64,000 bases of DNA. Origin: Octopus vulgaris. Its lineage: Eukaryota. The stretch covers positions 173,538,001 through 173,602,000 of the forward strand of contig OX597815.1 in NCBI GenBank assembly GCA_951406725.2. Reading direction: 5' to 3'. Of this stretch, positions 53,989 to 64,000 are shown piece after piece. Under the pieces are notes generated by a model. It worked only from the letters and a program-made list of their open reading frames with translations. It was not told where the DNA came from and searched no databases. Numbering within the stretch: position 1 is the first letter of the stretch; every line of letters starts with the position of its first letter. The position numbers and the translations under genes were made by a program.

Positions 53989-55589
53989 TATTATCTTTTT
54001 TATGGATTCTGACATCATCAACATCTTTGCAGTCAATTCTTACAAAATGCACCAAAATCTGTTCAAAGCATCTGATGTCTATCCAGTAGCCATCAGACAT
54101 AATGCTTTTTATCAGATTTTACTTTTATCCAATTATTTAATCTAACTATCTCAAGACATATTCTCCAAAACATGAAATTGTATACTTGTCCACATGGTAA
54201 ATAAGTACTCAGATACATCACTAGTAAATGATTCTGTATCCTCAAAGATGATTTTGCTAATCACTAATACTTCATCAGTAAAATTTACATCAAGACTGGT
54301 ACACACTCATCTACACATGCTGTCAATCTCTTCAATGAATTTAAATGGAGGCCTCTCGATGCCAACCTGCTCAGCTGTTATACATCTCTAATCTCTATTT
54401 TTTGCTTTGCCACCCACCTTCACTATCTAAAAAAAAAAAAAAATCATCAATCATATAAATAAGCTAGTCTGACTTCTTCAAAACTTTAAATTTGAGATAT
54501 TTATGTCTAAAGTTACTAAAACACATCTAGCCCTTTGAATATACTTTCTTAATCCTATTTCCATCTTATTACCAGTCACCCTTTTCCTATCAACACTGTG
54601 CCTTATTTTATAATCAAGAGTACTAAATGTTATGCCCATTACTTTCCTAGAAGTACATTGAATTAATTAACAACAGTTCAAAATAAGCATTAACTGTTCT
54701 AACATTCATTCCTGTTTCTCTCAACTATATGACTCTGATAGCTTAGGAAGGCCTAAATAAACTACCTGAATAAACTATTTCTTCTGGGCTTCCTCCTTGC
54801 ACTAATAATTACAAAAATAAAATGAGTCTGTTGGAAATTTCTCTTTTTATAAGTATTTTATGAAAGTTCAGTTAATGTTATATCATACAGAAACTTATTT
54901 AATTCAAAAGAGCATTGTTTTAGAATAGATCTTCCAGCCATCTTAACACAAATTTACAAATTTGGAACAGATGATGAAATTATTCAGAGCACAGAAGATA
55001 ACTACAAGAAAATTTTAAACCCATATGTCTTAAGTAAAAAAAAGAAAAAAGAAAAAAAAAAGGTATTTCTTCTTTGCAGGCTAAGTATTTTGTATTTTTT
55101 TAAAAATTGTAGTCAATTTACTCTGCTTACTTTCTCGTTGGCATGGTAACCAATAGTTATTTATATAAGCAAAGAGGTTTCCAAGTGTTTTCTCTTAAAT
55201 CTATATAAAAAGTGATAATTAAATGTAATATTTTGGCATTATTCCACAAACACAAGATAGTAGATATTATTTGGGATCAAAAAGTAAATAAATAAAATAA
55301 AATAAAATCTGATAAACAATTTTGAAAATGAACATAAATTATACACACTACTACTATCTTATTTACAATGGAAAATTCAGATTGTAAAAGTGTTCTTTTA
55401 TTTATTTCTTATGAATTGAACTACAAGTAGAAAGAGCATTTGGATATATGCCTTTCACAGCAAGAATTTCTTGATCTAAATGAACATTTTTTAAACAGTT
55501 CAAATTTACTTGAGTAACATGTGTGTGTGTATTGTGTGTAAAACTGAATATATAAGCAACAGACTAACATATCAACATGAAATATTAAA

Positions 55590-56150
55590 ATTGTTACCTA
55601 GGTGACCTAATTAGTAGTAGATGTTATAATAGCCAGAATAAAAACTTAAGAACAGATAAGAAAAATTTCACAGATCTGCAGGTTTCTCCCAGCATGAAGG
55701 ATAGATCATATAATGTATTAAATGTGATGTTGCATGATAATGAGATGTGGGTCTTGTACACGGAGAAATTACAAAGGCCAGAAACAAATGAAGCAAGTGT
55801 GCTCAGCCATATGTGTAGTATTAGTGTGCCTGAATAGCAACACAAATGACCTGGAAGAAAAACTGGGTATAAGTGATATCAGATGTAGTGTGCAAAAGAG
55901 AAGACTGCTTGTATGGGCACCTGATGCATATGGAGGATAGAGAATTAAAAAAGTGCAGGGTGCTCAAATGAGCAAAGTCAATGGAAGAGGGGAAACTCAA
56001 GATGATTAGGATGGAGTGGTGAAGACAAATTTCAGGAAGATGAGCCTTGTGGAAGTGTTAAGAATGGGTTATGATGACTATTAACACACAATACTGAACG
56101 AAGATATGCCCCTTCATACAAGAATGCTGAAACAAAAGTTAAAAACAGTA
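55590..56150 (+). mobile_element. 3' fragment of an RTE-clade LINE
   Basis: Starts tgttacctaggtgacctaatt (CYLGDLI) and includes DLEEKLGISDIRCSVQKRRL. Similar to the 15950 and 23000 copies. Confidence 0.72.
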
Positions 56151-56222
56151 GTAGTAAGAGGAGAGGAAGTAAAAATATGTGTGTGTGTGTGAGTGTGTAT
56201 GTATACCTATCTAATCTATATA

Positions 56223-57441
56223 TTAGGTTGTTTCACATGAAATGTCATATTTGAAAGGTAACAATAAAATGTTTTAGAAGTGCTAGAGAACTGATTTATT
56301 TAATCAAAGTATGATCCATGTTCATTTATGATGTTTACCCAATGTTTCTCTATGTCATATATTCCATCTTTAAGAAAAAATTCATCTTTTGCTGCGAGAA
56401 AAACTGTCTGAATGCTGTAATTACCTCTTCTCTATCTAAGAATGTTTTATTGATTATGAAAAGCTCAAAATGCTTTAATAAGGGATGATCAGTAGGAGAG
56501 ATATTAGGGGAATAGGGAGGATGCTGCAAAATCCCATAATTCAGGCTTTGCAACTTTTGGCCTGTAGCTTGAGGAGTGCATTGTTGTGGAGCAAAATTGG
56601 GCAACCTCTATTCACTAGTCTGGGTTGCTTCTTTTTCAAATACTCATGCATACAATCAATTTCCTGGCAATATGATGTTGCTGTTACTGTTTTTCCTTGT
56701 TGCAAAAATGAATAATGAATAACTCCCTTTGCAGACCACCATACAGTGACCACTAACTTTTTAGGGTGCAATAGTGGGTTTGGGTATTGTTTAGGTGACT
56801 CTCACTATCCTGTTCACTTGCTGTTGCCAAAGAGTATCCATTTCTCATCACAAGTAATAATTTGATGCAAAATTGGTCTTTTTCCAATCGAGAAAGCAAT
56901 AAAGAGCACACACTTTGAGGTGCCTGTTATTTTTTAATCTCGTTCAGTCGATGTGGAACAAACCTATCGATTTTCTTGACTTTACCAATTTTTTACAGTG
57001 TCCAAAAAGAAATGTTTGGAGTTATGATGAAAGTTTTCAAACCTTTGCTCTCGGATTTTGTTCAACCAAAGCATTTAATCCATCATGCCAAAAACTGATT
57101 TTGGCTTACACCTTGGTTTATTTTTCAAAGCTATCATCTCCTAAACAAGAGCTTTGGAACCAATCTGAACAGTTCTGATGTCAACAAAACCATTATCAAA
57201 GACCCACTTGATATTCCGTAGAGCTTCTGTGGCAGAGTGACTCAGTTTGTACTCATACGAGAAAATCATTCAACATAGCTTGGTTGTTACCATTTTTATA
57301 AGGTCTATAGGTACGAATTTTGTTTACCAATATTGTTGGGAAAGAAAAAGGGTCAAGATTAAATGCAAGGTATAGATAATTGAGCTTTTAAATGACTGAA
57401 ATAACAATTAAAAATGCGATATTTCATGTGAAACAACCAAA
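56223..57441 (-). mobile_element. Decayed near full-length mariner transposon, ~1.22 kb, a different family from 52898-53988
   Basis: TIRs are ttaggttgtttcacatgaaat and atttcatgtgaaacaaccaaa with a TA TSD. Transposase pieces are HPKKLVVTVWWSAKGVIHYSFLQQGKTVTATSYC, PILLHNNA and HPPYSPNISPTDH, split by frameshifts. Confidence 0.93.
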
Positions 57442-57456
57442 TATATCTTTTATATT

Positions 57457-57793
57457 TTCTTTTACTAGCTTCAGTCATTAGACCATGGCTGGGGCACCAC
57501 CTGGGAGAACTTTTTAGTCGAATGAATTGACACCAGTACGTATTTTATTGGTCTCTTTTGCTGAACCGCTAAGTTACGGGGACATAAACATATTAGCACC
57601 AGTTGTCATGCAGTGGTGGCAGACAAACACAGACACACACATATATGATAGGTTTCTTTCTACCAAATTCACACACAAGGCTTTGGTCAGTTCAAGGCTA
57701 CAGTAGAAGTCACTTGCCCAAGGTGCCACACAGTGAGACTGAACCTGGAACCAAGTTGTTTGGAAGCAAGCTTCTTAATACACACCCATGCCT
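57457..57793 (-). mobile_element. Family A SINE
   Basis: Reverse complement of family A. Further partial copies lie near 3360, 24985, 27900, 29215, 35000, 35595, 35965 and 41700. Confidence 0.85.
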
Positions 57794-57900
57794 ATATATA
57801 TATATATATATATATAGGAAAATGCCCAAAACTGGATGATGATATATATTTATATATAACTCAATTTCATTTAATTAGTCAAGGAACTAAAGTCCCTTAA

Positions 57901-58104
57901 CCCTTTCATTACTGTATTCATTTTGAGATGCTCTGTGTTTCTTTCAGTTACTTTAAATATAATAAAGCAGTTATCATTCAGCTAGTGTTAGGAACATAAA
58001 TTGTGATTAACGTTTGGTGGAAGATTTTAATTCAAAATTTATGAAAAACAATACATTTGTACTCAGAGCCAGAGACAGTTTCAGCCGGGTTGGTAACGAA
58101 AGGG
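57901..58104. mobile_element. piggyBac-type MITE (204 bp), second family
   Basis: Reads TTAA|ccctttcattac ... gtaacgaaaggg|TTAA, a 12-bp TIR with 1 mismatch. Confidence 0.85.
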
Positions 58105-59484
58105 TTAAGGGATGTGAGCATCCTAGTTCACCAGGTTATACCAGCGTTCAGAGAAAACCAAGTATATTAGTTTATCACCAAACTGTATCAACATATATCT
58201 ACAGCTGGGGTTGTTATTCAATATGTCTGTTAGGTCTACATATGCAGCATCACCCACCTCTTTGGTACCTTTCATCTCTATGTCATTCACCCTTTCTTCA
58301 TTTCACTCACTCTACCATGTTGCTCATATCATTAGCAATAATACTGGACCTACCTATATTTACCTCCTCCCTCCAACAACCACCATCCTTATCACCTTAC
58401 TTCTCTTGCCTGTCATGATGCCTCTGCATAAATGATAGTACCAGATGTACTTCAAATACTCTTTCTAGGTCACTTGTTAATGAAGAAGCAGAGGATAGTT
58501 TAGTCTTGTCAAGAACACAATTACCTCTCTAATACTAGTGTCTCAATAAAATTCACCTCCATAAACTGGTGTTAGGAAGGGCATCCTGCCATAGAAACTA
58601 AGCCAAAATGAAATGTATGAACAAGACATGGTCACCTGATCTGTCTGGAAGGGCAGTAATTTTGAATAAGAACTATTTTTCACTGTGATGATCTGTCCAA
58701 ACAATGCCAACAAAGAAAATAGATGTAAGATGGTGATAATGATAATTTCCATTACAATATATGAAGACAGACATAAAAAAAAAAAGGGTTATTTATTTTT
58801 TTTCTTTCAAACAGCCAGTATTTGATTCTTATGTATTGTGCAAGTTTTCTACACTTGAAGCTAATAGCATAAAAAATCCTGTATGCATAATAAAAGGCAT
58901 GCTGTTGACAACATGAAAGGGTAAAAAAAACTAAAATCTTAGAAAATATCAAAATATAAATATATTTCTATACATCAAAGGATAAAATAGATAGAAAGAT
59001 CTGATGCTGCTGAGGTATTGTTACTTTTTAAACAATTTCTTAGTAAATGAAAGAGTATTACAAACGAATTTAGGACAAAGGTGATATAAACTAAGCTGAT
59101 CAGAAAGAAGCAGATAAATAGTAAAATATATTTGTATCAAAGCAAAAGAAGTGTCTAAGATTAGTAAATTATAAAAACAGAAATAGATCCAAATACACAA
59201 AGAGAATAAAAATTCAGCATCAGCACATTACACTTAATTAGTGTTGTATTTCTTTCAAACAGAGTTAAGTAAATAAATTTTAATGCTGAAAAATCACTTG
59301 ACCGGAATTGTTTAAGAGTAAGGTTAGTTGTAAAGATGTAGTGTCATTTTTAATGGAAAGAAACAAATGTATAATCACTCCATGGAACTAGACAGGAGTA
59401 ATCTATCTATCTGTGTGTATGTATATGTGTTAGTGTGTGTGTGTGCATATATATATATATATAAACCCTTTTATTATTATTATT

Positions 59485-59667
59485 AGCTGGCAGAATTGTT
59501 AGCGCATCAGGCAAAATGCTTAATGACATTTTGTCCATCCTTATGTTCTGAATTCAAATTCTGCCAGGGTCAACTTTCAGGGTCAATGAATTAAGTACAC
59601 TGGGGTCAATGTAATCGACAAGTCCCCTATCTCCAAGTTTCAAACCTTGTGCCTTTAGGAGAAAGGA
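59485..59667 (+). mobile_element. Family B SINE embedded in (TTA)n
   Basis: agctggcagaattgttagc...gaattcaaattctgcc...cttgtgcctttaggagaaagg matches the 42537 copy. Confidence 0.85.
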
Positions 59668-59692
59668 TTATTATTATTATTATTGTTATTAT

Positions 59693-60895
59693 TTAAGATG
59701 TCACACAGTGTCCAATAGCATGATGTTGTTGACTGAAGATATTGTATCTACTGGGGGTTTGTACTGTCTGTCAAGTCACAACAAGGACCCCAGACAGACT
59801 ACTTTACACAATATAGGTGCAGTTCCAAGTTTAGCTGATTTTTGCAATACACCTAGTTTGTAAGGTATTTCTATAGTTTCCAGATGTTATTTCAGGTTGG
59901 GTGGTATTGAAACCAATGCTCCGATGACAATAAGGACAACTTTTATGTCTGACTCTCATAGCTGCCACATCTTGGCAATCTCAATTCTCAGGTCTCTATA
60001 TTTATCAATCTTATCTCTTTCTTTCATGATAATATGTTGATCTGGCACTGCCACATCGATTATTAGGCACTCTTGTCTTTCTCTCCTAAAGGTTACTATA
60101 TCTGGCCTTTGGTGCTCTAACACCTTGTTTGTCTGGAAGCCAAAGCCCCAGAGGATTTTTGCCTTCCCCTTTTCGTCCATTACCTTTTCCGGTGTATGTA
60201 CCAAGCACCCATAACCTCATATCCATACTTTTGGCATAGTAGCCAATAATGGTTTTGGGTTACCTTGTCATGTTTGCACTTAAACTCTTTCAGTGCAAGA
60301 CTTTCACAAGCACTAATAATGTGAATCATGTTTTCTACCCTCTTCCCACACACACTGCAGTGGTTCATTGCATTTGTGTGGTATATATCCCTTTTCACTC
60401 AGTTGGTATTCAATGCCTGGTCCTAGGCAGCAATGATTAGGTTTTCAATCTTCCTTTTTAGGGCACCCTTGCTGAGCCACTTCCATGGTTCTTCCTGGTC
60501 TTTTAATTTGTCAGTATCATGGTGGAATTGACCATATAATTCAATGCAAAGTAGGGTTTTTTCTCTCTCATTGGCTATTTGTGACTGGAATTCATAAGCA
60601 CTCTCAAGTCCATTTTTGGTAAATACTTCTGCATTAGTAGCATATTGTAGCAGGTCTTGTTTGCTGTTTACCAAATATTCTGCCATGTTTTTTCTTTCAC
60701 TGTTGATGCACTCTTGTATGCTAATCAGCCCCACATCCACCTTTACACCTGTTGATGTAAAGCCTGTGTACGTTCACCTTGGGATGTAGGGCACCATGTA
60801 TTGTCATTGTCTTTTGGGTAGTGCGATTGAGTTGGTTAATCTCCACTTGTGTCCATTTCAGGATGGATGCACTGTAGCAGACTACAACGCCACCC
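59693..60895 (-). mobile_element. 5'-truncated R4/Dong-clade non-LTR retrotransposon with restriction-like endonuclease, decayed
   Basis: Frameshifted ORFs show the RT thumb (LHPKVNVHRLYINRCKGG.GL), a CCHC knuckle (CSVCGKRVENMIHIISAC) and an RLE (KILW.F.FQT.K.LEH.RPDIV...CLIIDVAVP...K..KY.DL..EI..MW). The 3' end runs into (TAA)n, the known Dong target. Confidence 0.88.
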
Positions 60896-62579
60896 CATAT
60901 GTGGTGATTCAAACGTGTTTCATTTCTCCATTTAAAGGGGAAATTTCACTTGGGTATTTTTTGCACAAGTCAATCACTACACCAGCCATTCTTGATAAAT
61001 ATATCTTAGAAATGGATGACTTGCCCTTGATATACTGCATACATTAAAGGACTGAACATGTTACAATGGGTAATGATACTTCCTATAATACTAAAATTTT
61101 ATTAAAAAAAATTTCATGTACATTGTGCTCAATATTTCTTTTCATCTCAAATACTGAATTACATTTTATGAATGGTTAGTTAGAGTAGTTTGAGTTTTAT
61201 ATGTAACTTTGCAAAAGCCCTTTGGTAAGTAGAAGTGTTTTCTGTAACTCAAAACAATTCTGATAGGAAAGGGAGAGCATAATTTCTGCGGCTTAAATAA
61301 ATTATTTCACAGATATTTCTGTTCTTTTTCCTTCACATTTTCAAACTGAGAATACTTTTTTATTATTTAACTTATCGAAACATTTCAAAACCCTGAAAAA
61401 TATACATAAAACATTTCTAGCCTTCACAAAAGTCATGACATAAATAAAATCAATTCAAAGAGAAAGCTACTTGCAAAAATGATAAATCATAAACACCTCC
61501 TTTGGAACATAATTTCTCAGAGCAACTCATCAAGAATAGCAGCTTAATTAAATGAATATTTTAATTTGTTAAGCTGAAAAATATTTTGCTAACATATCAA
61601 AAGTGGAAATTTAACCCGAATAATAACAGCCTAACAGAAACTAATATAAACTATATTTCCTAACAGAAATAGTAATTTCCATACCATCAGAATTAGCCTG
61701 CAGAAATATAAAATACAATACCTTGACTTCAGCTGAAATAATATTTCACTGAGGTATTCTCAATTAATAAGTAGAAAGAATTAGAAAAGAATGAATGGGA
61801 ATCAAATATATGTAAGTGCTCTTAGAGTCCTGTTATTCAAAGATTGTGCATTCACTTGGAAAAATATTCATTTTCATTGTACAGGAATATTTCTATTCAA
61901 CGTTTCCTTCCAAAGACATTTGTTTTTGTAACAATATACTTTAATTCAATTTTCAAAGATGCATAAAGATCATAATGAAATAGACTTTCTATAAAAAGAG
62001 AAGTTTATAACTATGTCTAGAGTTTTTAAAAAGCACAGTTTTCTGTCTATCACATTTTAAAATACAAATTTGAGATACAAATAAGATAGATTCAGACTTC
62101 AAAAACCTGAATAATTACCAATAAGTGTATTCATGTTTAGAAATGTGTTAATCTAGCCATCTCATACAGTCCTTGTCACAGGCACAGATAATTTAAAATA
62201 AACTCAAATAATTGCACACAGTGAATTCCGCCTTCAAAAACAAAGCCTTTATAATACTGTATGTTTGCTTTCAGTTCAGAATTTGTGATAGCACTAACAA
62301 GAATTATCTAGCTATAATTTTATATGTGCACTTAATAAATTTTACAGAATACTGCTCAGACTATATATTATATTTGAGCTTATATTCATGCATAATATTA
62401 TAGTACACAGAGAAATACAAGAGTGCAGAAAAAGAATAGCAGAGAATTAAATATCTTACAGGATTTATTTTGCCTGCATTCTGAGTTAAGATCTTGGTTC
62501 TAGCAATTATAAAATAACCACTAATAACCTAATGGTTAACATAGCAAAGACCAACATGCTAATTACTAAAAGAAAGTAC

Positions 62580-62995
62580 ATACACCAGTGTTTTGCTCAA
62601 TGTGTAAGAAGGGGGTCGGCAGAAACTCAATACTCCATAATCAGTGCAAACAATGGGTAAACAAGATGCACGGGGATCTCTGGCAGTCTGACAGAGAACC
62701 AGGGCTTTTGATGTTCTAAATGTACAGTTGTAGCTAGCAGTAGGGGGCACCTACGAAATGTAATCCATGAGGTAGTCAGACAGCTCACTTCTGAATGCTG
62801 TTGATTGTTTGTTACCTAGGTGATCTAATAATTAGTTCTGGGAGTGGCTGTAGTTAAGGCATAACTGCTAGAATAGGGAATGGTTAGTGGATGTTCAAGG
62901 AATTGCTGTTTTTGTTGACAAAGGATCTCCCTTCCACTCTCTCTCGTTCTCCCTTAGTGTGAAAACCAAACAGTATAAGACGAGTGATACTGCAT
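62580..62995 (+). mobile_element. RTE-clade LINE fragment
   Basis: ttgttacctaggtgatctaat (CYLGDL) and the upstream C.GI.G.L..F.C region resemble the other RTE copies. Confidence 0.6.
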
Positions 62996-62999
62996 AACA

Positions 63000-64000
63000 A
63001 TATGAGGCATTGTGTGGGAAATCTGAGGAGTGAAGAAGAGGATTTATTGGATGTGACTGAAACCATCCTCTTAGGAATATCCTGCTACATCTCACACATA
63101 TCCCAAACACACAGTCCTAAACCTCCCAAGTGGTTCACTCATAGCTGCACTGTAGCAGTTCAGGAAAAGAATATGATCTATTATGCTTGGAGGAAATCGC
63201 TATGTGGATTTTATCCTGTACTATAACTTCTACAAGATAATTATCAAAACCGTGAAGGATGTCTTCACACACTGTACAGCATGGAAGCTCCTTTGCATCT
63301 CGGGCTACAGTCAATCATTTTGGTTCCAAGCTAGAAGGATCTTCAGCAACTTTCTTCAACTATGATGATTTTATAAGCAAATATTTTATGGAGAATGCCT
63401 CCACATTTGCTGTCTGTTTTAGATGGAACTTCACACCACACACACTAGGTAAAATTCCCAAACTATCTTTCAACATCATCAAGCTTACCAACATGCATAC
63501 ATACCTGCTAAGTACAAAAGTATCCCAGTCACTTCAAAACACTTCTTACTCTGTTAACAGAATTGGCAGAGCAAGAGGGATTTTCAACACCTCAGAGATA
63601 ATGAAGACAATCATTAGCAACAACCTTCTCTGTACCTCTTTAATCACCTTCAATACATTTTTCATAATGCCAGATCTACTGGAGACCAACTCTTTTCTTT
63701 TACTCAACATCAGTAAGCTGACTGTCAGGATGCTCATGGAGCTTTCTCGAACAACATTCTATCAAGTTGGTGTATCCCAGTGTTCTGTTTTCCTCCCCGC
63801 CACCCACTCATGCTCTTGGTCTTATATATCAACAACTCACTAGCTATCACCTTCAACAAAGCACACACCCATACAAATGATTCCACCATTCATTTCTCCC
63901 AAAAATCTACATGCAGCCTAAACATCATGAACAGAGATGTCAAAAATTATCCTGTAATGAGATGATACTAATCTTTTCTACTTCAACAGCACAGACACTA
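63000..64000 (+). mobile_element. CR1/L2/Jockey-like LINE RT remnant, truncated by the window end
   Basis: Shows KPPKWFTHSC (tether PWF-like), GVSQCSVFLP (GVPQGSVL-like) and YINN...THTNDSTIH (YADD-like). Heavily decayed. Confidence 0.65.

Noticed and set aside
63259-63843. Longest ORF in the track (194 aa)
   Set aside because: It lies in a decayed LINE RT remnant and is not a host gene.
1-64000. CRISPR array, prokaryotic operon or defence system
   Set aside because: There are no regularly spaced direct repeats and no long ORFs; the sequence is eukaryotic intron with interspersed repeats.

Overview
Eukaryotic, AT-rich, repeat-dense genomic DNA. The SINE families look like octopus repeats, so this is most likely an Octopus (coleoid cephalopod) genome; that is recognition from memory, not a database match. 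The window appears to lie inside one large minus-strand gene encoding a spectrin-repeat protein (dystrophin/utrophin- or nesprin-like). Only two well-supported phase-0 coding exons are visible (51647-51778 and 32441-32596), and they join in frame across a ~19 kb intron. A candidate alternative first exon lies at ~33908-33961. The rest is intron containing at least four SINE-like families, two decayed mariner elements, piggyBac- and hAT-type MITEs, RTE, CR1/Jockey-like and R4/Dong LINE remnants, and microsatellites. Most ORFs in the supplied track are noise from microsatellites, SINEs or antisense transposon sequence. The most notable structures are two independent ~200-bp, ~96.5%-identical local inverted duplications (27219-27416/28773-28970 and 39569-39770/40159-40360). 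With several inverted SINE pairs, they would form long pre-mRNA duplexes that are candidate ADAR substrates. No CRISPR array, rRNA, intact tRNA gene or clearly novel multi-gene system was found.
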